The notes beneath the pieces are model-generated. The model was not told the DNA's origin. It ran no database searches and saw only the letters and a list, made by a program, of their open reading frames with translations. The position numbers and the translations under genes were made by a program. A stretch of DNA of 64,000 bases. Source: Candidatus Latescibacterota bacterium. GTDB lineage: Bacteria > Latescibacterota > UBA2968 > UBA8231. This document shows, piece by piece, positions 28,261 to 37,723 of this stretch (positions are counted from its first letter, which is position 1; each line of letters begins with the position of its first letter). Location of the stretch: the NCBI GenBank assembly GCA_965217585.1, contig OZ244561.1:3104001-3168000 (forward strand), given 5' to 3'.

Positions 28261-30906
28261 TCACCGCGCGGCTTGGGGCTTGACAGTGCAAGTGGGACAG
28301 ACGCGCCGCAGGTGTTCGCGCCGCACCTGCCACAGGTCGAGGGCCTTCACTAATTCGCATTCGGCCTGCCCCACCTTGCCCCGCCGCTGCAACTTCCTCC
28401 GGTCGAGCGTTGAATCCAGTTTGTGGGTTGGGACCGGGCAGGGGCCGCTGCGAAAGGCCAGCCCCAAGACCTCCTCCACAGCCCCGTCTTGGCGCACGAT
28501 CCGGTCCTTGAGGGCAAAGGACTCGATGCAGCCGCAGGGCACGGACAGCTCGGCTACGTGATAAGCCGTGCTGGTGTCGTGCGTCGTGCCCAGCGCGAGG
28601 ATGTAGCCGCCGCCGTGTACCAATTTGCCGATCGGGCTATCTGCGGCCCAGATGCCGGCTTCGAGATGACCGTGGCAGTAGTGGCGGGCCCGCGGCCCAA
28701 TCGCCGCCACCGCATGGGTCGGATGCATGCTGCGCTCGGCCTCGGCGCGCCGCCACAGCGCGTCCGGGATCGAGCCGTTGGTGGTGGGGGTGGTCAGTGG
28801 GTTGAAGACCGCCGCCGCGCGGTGATTGAACGAAGGGGCCAGCAGGGTTCCCCGCTTGCCGACGGCTTGCAAGAGCGCGTCAACGACGGTCTCGGCACCG
28901 CCCTCGACAAAGCCGATGGCCGATAGGGAGCTGTGTACCATCAGGTCCATGCCTGGGGCGACGCCCAAGTTGCGCAAATCCGCCACCAGCGCCCGGCGGC
29001 TGACCATCTCCGCCGGGTTGATCAACTCGGCATAGCCCAATTCGGCGTGGGCCGCAAAGTAGGCGTGGACCCGGTCGATGGCGATAGGCTCTGTTGCTTG
29101 CTTTCGCGGTCCTGCGCTGGAGTCGGCCTCCTCGCAGGCGATGCGCTCGGCGATTTCGCCCAAGCTGCGGCGGCCATCGGCCCAAAACAGGGACCAAGGG
29201 GTAAACTGCGCGGCGGCGATGCGCTCGCTTATGGCCACAGGCGCGTTCTCCGCCGTCGGCGAGAGCACAGCCGTGCGCCGGGGTACCAGCCGCGCCTCGG
29301 CAGGTCGGCGCGGACGCTTTACCGGCGGTATGTCCTCGGCGGCGGCCGCAATTTGTCGCTCGCCGTCGGCGATGGCTCCCAAGACCTCGCTGCGCCCGCC
29401 GCCCCAGAGCCAGCGCGTTAGCCGCTGCACACTGCGGCTGTGCGCGTCGCGGGTGTACTCGGCTTCAACGCGGGAGCCTTTTTGGCGTTTTAGCACCCCG
29501 AGAAAGTACTCGTTCTCGGTGCGGACCAATTCTCCCACCTCCGCACTACCGAGGTCGGCCAAGTAGTGCACATAGGCCGCTATAGCGGCGGCGCAGGTCT
29601 CCAGCCCCTTGGGACTGAGCAGTTTTTCCACGTCGGCCGAAGAGTGATAGGCATCAAAGCCGCGCCCGCTCTTTTGGTGGTGCGTCGTCAGCCAGGGACA
29701 GGGGAATCCGTATTGCGGGTCGCCGATCAGGGTGTCGGAAGTGGACATAAAGTGCGCTGGATATACGCGGTAGCCGGGTTGGTGCTGCCGCACCCCGGCG
29801 CGCAGGATCGCCGCGCCGACGCGATCGACAAAACTGGCCGACATTGGGATCGTCCCGTGCCACTCCAAGCGGCCGTCGCAGACTTCGGGCCGGGATCCGA
29901 CCGTGTCGATACACGCACCGGCCAACGGCGTCTGGAATCTCCGCATCCGCTCTAGGTAAGCAAAAAACCCGTAGCACTCGTACGCGTTGAGCAGGCGGAT
30001 GGTGCGCTTAGGCCGCGCGATCTCGCCGGCTTGGATAAGCCCTTCGATTATCCGGGCGATCTCCAAGGTCACAGCTACGCCCGACGCGTTATCTACGGCC
30101 CCCGGCTCGGCGCTATGGGCAATGACCCAAACTTCGTCTTGGGGGTCGTCGGCTCCGGCGATGATCCCGCTAACCACATCGTGGCTGCCCACGTATTTGC
30201 GGACATCGGCCACCACCTGTACCGTCAGCGCCCCATGCTGCTGCGCCAGCCGCCTGAGCTGTTCTCCTTGGCTGGCAGAGATCGCAAAGCCCACTAGGCG
30301 CGCCGTTCCCTGCTGCGGGGGGATCGCGCCCCACCCGAACTTGGTCCAGGCCACTGCATCTGGCAGGTTGGGGACCTGTTGGTCGGAGATGACCGCAGCA
30401 GCGCCCTTATCGGCGAGCAGCTTGAGGTGAGTGCGCGGGTCTAGTTTCGTCAGCACGAGCGCCCCGGCGAGTCCATCGGCCGGCTGCCGCTCGATTTCTT
30501 CAGCGTGGTCGAGGATAAATAGCCGCAGCCGCAAGCCACCCGGTGGCGTCGCCGCGCTCCATTGGATGAGGTGCCAGGGGTTGACCTGCCAATCCAGTAC
30601 CCGCTCCGCGACTGGATGCACCACATCGACGGTCGCTCCTTGGACATCGGCCGCCTCCTGGATGATCCACCGCCCAGAGCCGATCCGCCCTCCCGTCTGA
30701 ATCGCCTCGACCTCGGCGCGCGCCCCGGCGGCCTCGTACCGCCGCACCAGCGTCGCGGTCGTCTCGTGAAAGCGGTCAAACGAATTCCAGCGATCGGTAG
30801 CGACCACTTCCCGCACCGCCCCCATCATTTCTCGTCCATTCGCCGCCTGCAACATCAGCGGCAAGGTTTGGCGGCAGAGCCGCTGCAACGATTTCGCGCT
30901 AGCCAT
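28261..30906 (-). CDS. Fusion of an M28/DUF4910-like metallopeptidase domain and an AAC(3)-family N-acetyltransferase
   Basis: AHSAEPGAVDNASG, YHSSAD, wHTH-like WADGRRSLGEIA, then LGV..G..LMVHSSLS.IG, RS.HPTH, T.YHVAE; AAGGAGGAG RBS. Confidence 0.85.
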   Translation of the reverse strand: MASAKSLQRLCRQTLPLMLQAANGREMMGAVREVVATDRWNSFDRFHETTATLVRRYEAAGARAEVEAIQTGGRIGSGRWIIQEAADVQGATVDVVHPVAERVLDWQVNPWHLIQWSAATPPGGLRLRLFILDHAEEIERQPADGLAGALVLTKLDPRTHLKLLADKGAAAVISDQQVPNLPDAVAWTKFGWGAIPPQQGTARLVGFAISASQGEQLRRLAQQHGALTVQVVADVRKYVGSHDVVSGIIAGADDPQDEVWVIAHSAEPGAVDNASGVAVTLEIARIIEGLIQAGEIARPKRTIRLLNAYECYGFFAYLERMRRFQTPLAGACIDTVGSRPEVCDGRLEWHGTIPMSASFVDRVGAAILRAGVRQHQPGYRVYPAHFMSTSDTLIGDPQYGFPCPWLTTHHQKSGRGFDAYHSSADVEKLLSPKGLETCAAAIAAYVHYLADLGSAEVGELVRTENEYFLGVLKRQKGSRVEAEYTRDAHSRSVQRLTRWLWGGGRSEVLGAIADGERQIAAAAEDIPPVKRPRRPAEARLVPRRTAVLSPTAENAPVAISERIAAAQFTPWSLFWADGRRSLGEIAERIACEEADSSAGPRKQATEPIAIDRVHAYFAAHAELGYAELINPAEMVSRRALVADLRNLGVAPGMDLMVHSSLSAIGFVEGGAETVVDALLQAVGKRGTLLAPSFNHRAAAVFNPLTTPTTNGSIPDALWRRAEAERSMHPTHAVAAIGPRARHYCHGHLEAGIWAADSPIGKLVHGGGYILALGTTHDTSTAYHVAELSVPCGCIESFALKDRIVRQDGAVEEVLGLAFRSGPCPVPTHKLDSTLDRRKLQRRGKVGQAECELVKALDLWQVRREHLRRVCPTCTVKPQAAR

Positions 30907-30957
30907 GATCTCCTCCTTGTTTTGGCATCTAATAAAGGTCAGCGCTTGGATTGTAAC

Positions 30958-31004
30958 AAAAAAGCGGGGAGCTAGCGGACGAAAACGTCCACGAACTCCC
31001 CGCT
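30958..31004 (-). terminator. Intrinsic terminator after the small HTH gene
   Basis: agcggggag...ctccccgct outer stem, ggacg-aaaa-cgtcc inner stem, U tract on the minus strand. Confidence 0.65.
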
Positions 31005-31029
31005 GGTCGAGCGCGATATGTGATGCCTA

Positions 31030-31284
31030 TTAATTGAGGTCGAGTACCTCTTCTATCGCCTCCATCTCTTGCAAGTCGATGTCGATGTCTAAGAGATCAG
31101 CGTCGCGCTGGCGGAAGAACTCCTCGCGCCGCCGGCGCTTGCGCGCATAGGGCGTCTCGATGTTGTAGAGCCGGCAAAGCCGGCTGAAACTGCCCGGGGC
31201 GATACCCAGTGCACGGCTGGCTTCTTGGTTGCTCGCGTAGATGCGCGCCGCGCGCTTGATGCGTTCTGGCTCGATTTTGCGCAT
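31030..31284 (-). CDS. Small basic protein with a Fis-like HTH and acidic tail
   Basis: SNQEASRALGIAPGSFSRLCRLYNI HTH-like segment, RKRRRR, acidic C-terminus; GGAGAG RBS. Confidence 0.75.
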   Translation of the reverse strand: MRKIEPERIKRAARIYASNQEASRALGIAPGSFSRLCRLYNIETPYARKRRRREEFFRQRDADLLDIDIDLQEMEAIEEVLDLN

Positions 31285-31372
31285 GAGTTGTGTTCTCTCC
31301 AGATCTTCAATTGGTGCAAAGTTCGACGAAATTCAACGAAAAAAGCCGCAGCATTTTTGCGCCGCAGCCATT

Positions 31373-31395
31373 AAAAAAGCCGCTGGAAAGCGGCT
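31373..31395 (-). terminator. Intrinsic terminator about 90 nt upstream of the HTH gene (attenuator or ncRNA end)
   Basis: Minus strand agccgct-ttcc-agcggct-TTTTT. Confidence 0.65.
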
Positions 31396-31941
31396 ATATC
31401 GAGTTCGATGTATCGCCGGTTTCCGGGACGCAAAAGTGCCCTCCTTATCGAAAGCGCTGTCCCGAAAACCCCGTGGGAAAGCCCTTGCACGCGCGGTCAA
31501 TCGCCTGAGACGATTACATTGCGAATGCGAGGTGAATTCCCGATTCGGCTGGGCGTTTTAGCCAGCCGATGCACGCAACCTGAAGAGTCGTGCGTGTATT
31601 CTAGGGATTGGGACGAACGCGCAACGCGCGGATGCTGTTCGTAGCCCGCATATTTGGGACCGTATGGCCGCCCCCGCCGGGGAGCTGGCTCCTAATACTA
31701 CACGAGGATTGATGTGCGAAGAGAATCATTACTTTTGCCCTCCTCTCCATGGTGATGTGCAATTTGCTTTGCACGGTTTTTGATTGCCTTTTAGTTTCAC
31801 TTTTAAGGTGATATATTGTCAAGGAAAAAATGCCTAAGAATAGAAAAAAAAGAACTTTACGTCATTTTCTGAATATCTCTTAATTAATCCGCATATTTAT
31901 CAATCAACCCGCATCGCGCCCTCCTCGCAGGAGCTTGTGCC

Positions 31942-33423
31942 ATGGCCATTAGCATCCACCCCCGCAACCCCAAGCTGTTCCAATTTCGCGGCCAGCCCTT
32001 GGCGTTGGTCTGCGCCACCGAACACTACGGAGCAGTGCTCAACCGCCCCTTCCGCTTCGAGCGCTACTTGGCCGATGCGGCCGGCCGGGGCCAGACCCTG
32101 ACCCGCCTCTTCACCCTCTTCCGCGAGCTCCAGTCCGCAGTCAATCCCTACTCGACCTGCAAGCCCGAATCGACCGACTACATCGCTCCCTTTGCGCGCA
32201 CTGGGCCGGGCAAAGCCCTCGACGGCGAGCCGCGCTACGATCTAGAGATTTGGAACCCCGAGTATTTTCAACGCCTCCACGCCTTCCTATCCAAGGCGTC
32301 CGCTCTAGGCGTCATCGTCGAGGTGGTCCTATTTTCCAACACCTATGCCGACAACGTGTGGGCGCTCAATCCACTCAACCCGGCTAATAATATCTCGATG
32401 GATGCGACCGAGCCGATCCCTTGGCATCACTACCTAACCTGTCGCCGCGCCGCGCTGCTCAAGTGGCAGGAGGCGCACGTCCGCCGCATCGTCGAAGAGA
32501 CCAACTGCTATGACAATATATTTTACGAGATATGCAATGAGCCTGGGGGCTTTCGGTCGGCGGGCGACGAGGACCGGCCCGCTGTCGATGAAGTAAACGC
32601 TTGGCAGAGCCATTTCATTCGGCTGATCCGCAGTCTCGAAGAGGAGTTGCCGCAACGCCACCTCATTGCCGGCCAGGAGGCGTTTACCTACGACCCCTTT
32701 GAGCAGCCCGCCGACGCGACCTTTTCCGGACTCGACTTCGACGTGGTCAATATCCACCCCCTGCCCAACACCTGCTGGGGAGGTCAGCACTACGACATGG
32801 GCACCTTCATGTCCAAAGAGCTGAAGCTGCGGCCGCTGCGCGACTTCGCGCTGGCCACGTACGCCCTGTCCAAGCCCCTCAATTACGACGAAGACAATGT
32901 CGCCACGCGCTACCGCGACTTGGATGGGTGGACGATTCACCGCAAGCGCGCTTGGACGGCGCTGTTTTGCGGCGCTCACTACGACATGATCGATTTCTCG
33001 ATCGCCCCGTACCTAGAGGCGGGCACCTCGGAATCGCGCCGCGGCATCCGCCGCTGGATGGGCCACCTGTCGTCGTTTGTACACGCGCTCGACTTGGCGC
33101 GGGCGCGGCCTTTAACGGATTTTTTGCAGGAGCAACCTCCGCACACCATTGGGTCGGTGCTGGCCGTGGCGGGAGAGGACTACTGCATATACCTCGCCGA
33201 CGAGCGGGAGTTGACCGCGGCTGGCTGCGGCGAAACGATCGTTGGTAGTCTCGCATTCGACCTGCCCGAGGGGCAGTACGAAATCAGTTGTTACTCACCG
33301 GTCGTAGGCGGGTTTTCGCCCGCCCTGACGTGCGCGGGCGGGCCAGCGCAAAAAGTGGCCGTGCCCGCCTTTCACCACGATATTGTCGTTCGCGTCAAGC
33401 GACGCGAACTCTCTAACGACTAA
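31942..33423 (+). CDS. Clan GH-A-like (GH5/cellulase-type) glycoside hydrolase, cytoplasmic
   Basis: YEICNEP acid/base motif, KPLNYDE nucleophile-like motif, WNPEYFQRL; no signal peptide. Confidence 0.7.
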   Translation: MAISIHPRNPKLFQFRGQPLALVCATEHYGAVLNRPFRFERYLADAAGRGQTLTRLFTLFRELQSAVNPYSTCKPESTDYIAPFARTGPGKALDGEPRYDLEIWNPEYFQRLHAFLSKASALGVIVEVVLFSNTYADNVWALNPLNPANNISMDATEPIPWHHYLTCRRAALLKWQEAHVRRIVEETNCYDNIFYEICNEPGGFRSAGDEDRPAVDEVNAWQSHFIRLIRSLEEELPQRHLIAGQEAFTYDPFEQPADATFSGLDFDVVNIHPLPNTCWGGQHYDMGTFMSKELKLRPLRDFALATYALSKPLNYDEDNVATRYRDLDGWTIHRKRAWTALFCGAHYDMIDFSIAPYLEAGTSESRRGIRRWMGHLSSFVHALDLARARPLTDFLQEQPPHTIGSVLAVAGEDYCIYLADERELTAAGCGETIVGSLAFDLPEGQYEISCYSPVVGGFSPALTCAGGPAQKVAVPAFHHDIVVRVKRRELSND

Positions 33424-33433
33424 GGAGACGATT

Positions 33434-33754
33434 ATGTATTCGATTGGCTTGGGCATGCGGCTGCGCCCCAATGCGTACGCCGAGTACAAACAGGCCCACG
33501 ACGACCTGTGGCCCGAAATCGCCGAGAGCATGACCGACAACGAGGTCAGCATGGCCATCTACCGCTTGGGCGAACACCTCGTCATCCACGCGGTGGCCCC
33601 TACCGAGGAAGACTGGCTCAAGAGCCGCCAAGTTCCCATTCTAGAAAAGTGGTACGACTACATGGCGCAGTTGTTGGAGACCGACGACGAGGGGCAGATC
33701 ATCTTCGAGGAGTTACCCGAAGCCTTTGCCTTCGGAATGTTCAAAGAAGCGTGA
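33434..33754 (+). CDS. rhaM: L-rhamnose mutarotase family protein
   Basis: MRLRP...EYKQAHDDLWPE...W..YMA.L; TAAGGAG RBS before ATG 33434. Confidence 0.8.
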   Translation: MYSIGLGMRLRPNAYAEYKQAHDDLWPEIAESMTDNEVSMAIYRLGEHLVIHAVAPTEEDWLKSRQVPILEKWYDYMAQLLETDDEGQIIFEELPEAFAFGMFKEA

Positions 33755-33757
33755 ACC

Positions 33758-34561
33758 CTAGGCCGCGTCCACTGGGTTTTGCAGCCGGCCGATCTGGTCT
33801 ATTTCCACGATTACCTCGTCGCCGGCCGCGAGCCACACGGGCGGTTTGCGCGCAAAACCCACGCCCTGCGGGGTGCCGGTGAGGATGACTGTGCCTGGCA
33901 GCAAGGTCGTATCTTGGCTGAGGAACTCGATCAGTTCGGCGACCGTGAAGATCATGTCGCCGGTGGTGTGGTCCTGCATGATCGCGCCGTTGAGAATCGT
34001 GCGGATGCCGAGGGTTTGTGGGTCGGGAATTTCGTCGGCTGTGACCAGCACCGGCCCCAAAGGGCAGAAGGTGTCAAAGCCCTTGCCGCGAATCCACTGG
34101 CCGCCGCCGCCGTGGAGCTGCCACTTGCGGGCCGAGACGTCGTTGGCGCACGTGTATCCGAGTACGTAGCTGAGGGCGTCGGCCTGCGCCACGTTGCGGG
34201 CGGCCTTGCCGATCACCACTGCGAGCTCGCACTCGTAGTCAACTTCCGGCCCGCGGCGACAGCAGGCCGGCAGCAGGATCGGGTCGCCCGGGCCGCAGAC
34301 CGCGCTCGTGGGCTTGGCAAAGACTACGGGCTGCTCGGGTGGCTCGAGGCCAGATTCGGCTGCGTGTTCTCGGTAGTTTAGCCCGATGCAGAAAATGTTG
34401 GTTGGGGCGAGCGGGGCGAGCCGCCTTTTGACGGCCACTTGTTCGCCCATGGGCACTAGTTCTGCGAAGAGATCGCCGGTGAGGACGGAGGCTTGGCCCT
34501 CCTCGGCTTCGAGGCCCCAACGGACGGTGTCACCAGCGTCGATAAAGCGGATGATGCGCAT
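33758..34561 (-). CDS. Fumarylacetoacetate hydrolase family protein
   Basis: CIGLNY.EH, VDYECELAVVIGK, GYTCANDVSAR, GKGFDTFCPLGP, ILTGTP.GVG; AAGGAG RBS before ATG 34561. Confidence 0.93.
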   Translation of the reverse strand: MRIIRFIDAGDTVRWGLEAEEGQASVLTGDLFAELVPMGEQVAVKRRLAPLAPTNIFCIGLNYREHAAESGLEPPEQPVVFAKPTSAVCGPGDPILLPACCRRGPEVDYECELAVVIGKAARNVAQADALSYVLGYTCANDVSARKWQLHGGGGQWIRGKGFDTFCPLGPVLVTADEIPDPQTLGIRTILNGAIMQDHTTGDMIFTVAELIEFLSQDTTLLPGTVILTGTPQGVGFARKPPVWLAAGDEVIVEIDQIGRLQNPVDAA

Positions 34562-34630
34562 GTCTTTCTCCTTTGTTTTTCCAGCACTTGCACAAACCTT
34601 AAGGCAGGGCTGGCAGCCCGTCAAATAACC

Positions 34631-34659
34631 TTGACGCTTGAGGTGGGGCCGCCTATTTT
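34631..34659 (+). promoter_or_regulatory. Candidate sigma70 promoter of the BMC operon
   Basis: TTGACG-17 nt-TATTTT, 40 nt upstream of the aldehyde dehydrogenase start. Confidence 0.6.
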
Positions 34660-34698
34660 CCCCTTCTTAAAATTAAACTCAACGCGAGGGTAAAGAGA

Positions 34699-36111
34699 GT
34701 GCCCCAAAACGTCAGCGAAGAACACGTACGCAAAATAGTCGAAGAAGTGGTGCAGCGCGTCGTCAGCGGCGGGGACGGCAGCGAGGGCGGGGACACTGGT
34801 GTCTTCGCGACGGTCGACGCGGCTGTCCAAGGCGCGACCCGCGCCCAGCAGCAGTTGGTGGCCTTGTCGCTAGAGGAGCGCAAAAAGATCGTCGAGGCCC
34901 TCCGGCAGACGGCGCACGTCCACGCCGAGGAGTTTTCGCGGCGGGCCTTGGCCGAGACGGGCATGGGGCGGTTGGAAGACAAGATCATCAAGCACCAAGT
35001 CGCGGCCGACACCACGCCCGGTGTCGAAGACCTAGAGGCCACTTCGTGGACCGGCGACCACGGGCTGACCGTAGTCGAAATGGCTCCCTACGGGGTCATC
35101 GGCGCGGTCACCCCATCTACACATCCCGTGCCGACGATGGTCAACAACGCCATTTGCATTGTCGCCGCGGGCAACTCGGTCGTCTTCAACGTACATCCGG
35201 CGGGCAGAAAGGTCTCCATGTTCGCGGTGGGCTTGATCAATCAAGCCATCGTCGCAGCCGGCGGGCCGGCCAACTTGGTGACCGCGGTTGAGACGCCGAC
35301 GATTGAGACGGCCAACGAATTGTTCAACCACCCGGATGTCCGCCTGCTGCTGGTAACCGGCGGGCCGGGCGTGGCCAAGGCCGCACTGGGTAGCCCCAAG
35401 AAGGCCATTGTCGCTGGTCCGGGCAATCCGCCCGCGGTGGTCGATGAAACCGCCGATTTGGCCAAGGCCGCGCGCGATATAATCGACGGGGGGGGCTTCG
35501 ACAACAACATTCTCTGCATCGGCGAGAAGCAGGTCTTTGCCGTCGCCTCCATTGCCGACGAGCTCAAGCGGCTGATGGTCCAGTACAATGCATATGAGCT
35601 CGATGCGCGGCAGATCGAGGCCCTCGCGCAGGTGGCCTTTGTCGAAGGGCCGGACGGGCATCTCGCAGCCAACCGCGAGCTGGTAGGACGCGACGCTGCC
35701 GTGCTGGGCGAGCGCATCGACCTCCGGCTCGACTCGTCGCTGCGCGTGCTCATTGGCGAAACCGACGCCAACCACGTTTTTGTGCGCGAGGAGCAGATGA
35801 TGCCCTTTCTGCCGATCGTGCGGGTTCCCAACATCGACCAAGCCATCCGCGAGGCCGTCATCTCCGAGCACGGCTACGGGCACACGGCCGTGATCCATTC
35901 GCGCAACATCGAAAACATGCACAACATGGCCCGCGCCGTAGATACCACTATTTTCGTCAAGAACGGCCCTTCCTACGCTGGGGTTGGCTTGGGCGGCGAG
36001 GGCTTTGGGACGTACTCCATCGCCGGGCCTACGGGCGAGGGCCTGACTTCACCGCGGACTTTTACCCGCCAGCGCCGCTGCGCCCTCGTCGACTACTTCC
36101 GCATCACCTGA
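34699..36111 (+). CDS. CoA-acylating aldehyde dehydrogenase (EutE/PduP family) with N-terminal encapsulation peptide
   Basis: AETGMGR.EDK..K, PYGVIGAVTPSTHP, TGGPGV, AGPGNPP, FDNNILCIGEK (catalytic Cys), EQMMP, HTAVIHS; SEEHVRKIVEEVVQRV peptide. Confidence 0.95.
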   Translation: MPQNVSEEHVRKIVEEVVQRVVSGGDGSEGGDTGVFATVDAAVQGATRAQQQLVALSLEERKKIVEALRQTAHVHAEEFSRRALAETGMGRLEDKIIKHQVAADTTPGVEDLEATSWTGDHGLTVVEMAPYGVIGAVTPSTHPVPTMVNNAICIVAAGNSVVFNVHPAGRKVSMFAVGLINQAIVAAGGPANLVTAVETPTIETANELFNHPDVRLLLVTGGPGVAKAALGSPKKAIVAGPGNPPAVVDETADLAKAARDIIDGGGFDNNILCIGEKQVFAVASIADELKRLMVQYNAYELDARQIEALAQVAFVEGPDGHLAANRELVGRDAAVLGERIDLRLDSSLRVLIGETDANHVFVREEQMMPFLPIVRVPNIDQAIREAVISEHGYGHTAVIHSRNIENMHNMARAVDTTIFVKNGPSYAGVGLGGEGFGTYSIAGPTGEGLTSPRTFTRQRRCALVDYFRIT

Positions 36112-36425
36112 TGCTCTTGGGCCAAGTCAAAGGGCATTTGGTTTCCACGGCCAAGGTCCCGAGCCTCAACGGCAAGAAGCTCTTAGTCGTCGAAATCGCG
36201 TCGGTGCGCGAGCATGGTCTGGTGCTGACGGGGCGGGATATGGTCTGCATCGATGCGGTGCAAGCGGGCAAGGGCGAGCTGGTGATTTTGGTGCAGGGCA
36301 GCTCGTCGCGGATCGCCCCGGACTTGGCCGACGTGCCAGCCGACGCGGTAATCGTCGGGATCGTCGATTCGCTACAGGCCATGGGCAAAGACTTCGACTG
36401 TCGGCAACTGAGCCGCGAAGGATAG
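36111..36425 (+). CDS. BMC vertex (pentamer) protein, EutN/CcmL family
   Basis: MLLGQVKG.LVST.K...L.G.KLL, D.VQAG.GE.V, GSSSR, PADAVIVGIVD. Confidence 0.95.
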   Translation: MLLGQVKGHLVSTAKVPSLNGKKLLVVEIASVREHGLVLTGRDMVCIDAVQAGKGELVILVQGSSSRIAPDLADVPADAVIVGIVDSLQAMGKDFDCRQLSREG

Positions 36426-36428
36426 GCG

Positions 36429-37109
36429 ATGGACGTTGCACCAGCGGCTGGATTGGACCGCAAGCAGATTGAGGCGTTGGTGCGCCGGGTGGTGTACGAT
36501 CACCTGCCCGACGCTCAGCTAGAGCAGGCACCCCCAGCCCCGAGGCTGGTAGTCAATATGTCCGCCCGCCACGTCCACCTCAATCAAGAGGCGCTGGACG
36601 CGCTTTTCGGCGCGGGTGCCGAGCTAACCGTGCAGAAGGCCCTGTATCAGGAAGGAGCTTTTGCCGCCGAGCAGACGGTGTCGGTTTTCGGCCCGCGCAA
36701 GCAGGTGATTCCCAATGTCCGCATCCTCGGCCCATTGCGCGAGTACAACCAAGTGGAGCTGGCCTTTACGGACGCCCGCTTTTTGGGCATTAACGCGCCG
36801 GTGCGGCTCAGCGGTAACATAGAGGGGACGCCGGGCTGCTACTTGGTGGGGCCGGCTGGGGGACTAGAGTTGGATCACGGGGTGATTCGGGCCGCCCGCC
36901 ATGTACATCTAAACCCGGCAGAGGCCGCGTACTATGGGGTCGGCCCGGGGGACTTGCTGCGGCTGGTAGTAGAAGGTGACCAGGGCGGGGTGCTGGAAGG
37001 GCTGATCTGTCGAGTCAGCGAGCGCGAGCGCCTAGAAGTTCACATCGACACGGACGAGGGCAATGCGATTGATTTGGTCCATGCCCGCAAGGTATATTTG
37101 GAGCGTTGA
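36429..37109 (+). CDS. pduL: Phosphate propanoyltransferase PduL with N-terminal encapsulation peptide
   Basis: SARHVHL, VRILGPLR..QVEL..TDA, AARHVHL, HIDTDEGNA; DRKQIEALVRRVV peptide. Confidence 0.95.
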   Translation: MDVAPAAGLDRKQIEALVRRVVYDHLPDAQLEQAPPAPRLVVNMSARHVHLNQEALDALFGAGAELTVQKALYQEGAFAAEQTVSVFGPRKQVIPNVRILGPLREYNQVELAFTDARFLGINAPVRLSGNIEGTPGCYLVGPAGGLELDHGVIRAARHVHLNPAEAAYYGVGPGDLLRLVVEGDQGGVLEGLICRVSERERLEVHIDTDEGNAIDLVHARKVYLER

Positions 37110-37146
37110 ACGCAAAAATCCGCACAATTACTTCAGGAGGTAAGGG

Positions 37147-37707
37147 ATGTCGGATGCAATAGGCATGGTAGAAACGGTGGGGCTGGTCGGGGTCGTCGAG
37201 GCCGGCGACGCCATGGCCAAGGCCGCCAGCGTACAGCTTTTGGGCTGGGACAGAGTCGGCTCCGGCTTGGTGACCGTGTTTTGCTCGGGCGATGTGGCGG
37301 CCGTCAAGTCGGCCGTGGATGCCGGCTCGGCCGCTGCGGCCAAGGTTGGGGAGGTGCATTCGGTGCATGTGATTCCCCGCCCGCACAGCGAGTTGACGGC
37401 CGTCGTGCCCGAGCGCGGCGACAGCGACGACAGCGATGGTCGCGTCCGCGCCTTGGGTCTCATTGAGACGAAGGGGGCCATCGGCGTGATCGAAGCAGCC
37501 GACGCCATGAGCAAGGCCGCCGATGTGGAGGTCGTCAAGCTCCAGGACATCGGTGGCGGGTACATTACCGTCATGGTCAGCGGCGACGTAGGCTCGGTGC
37601 AGGCTTCGGTCAGCGCTGGTGCCGAGGCGGCCGAGCGCGTGGGCGAGCTTGTGTCGCAGCACGTGATTCCCCGTCCCCACGACGATCTCGTCGCGTTGTA
37701 CTTGTAG
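37147..37707 (+). CDS. BMC shell protein with two tandem non-permuted domains
   Basis: Two AxGxxET..DAM.KAA..GDV..V..HVIPRPH units; pore loops RVGSG and DIGGG. Confidence 0.95.
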   Translation: MSDAIGMVETVGLVGVVEAGDAMAKAASVQLLGWDRVGSGLVTVFCSGDVAAVKSAVDAGSAAAAKVGEVHSVHVIPRPHSELTAVVPERGDSDDSDGRVRALGLIETKGAIGVIEAADAMSKAADVEVVKLQDIGGGYITVMVSGDVGSVQASVSAGAEAAERVGELVSQHVIPRPHDDLVALYL

Positions 37708-37723
37708 GTAGAGGAGAGAAATA

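Noticed and set aside
31420-31445. c-di-GMP-I riboswitch (GGGACGCAAA)
   Set aside because: No upstream GGCAAA/GAAA-capped stem in the right arrangement, and it is on the strand opposite the terminator and HTH gene.
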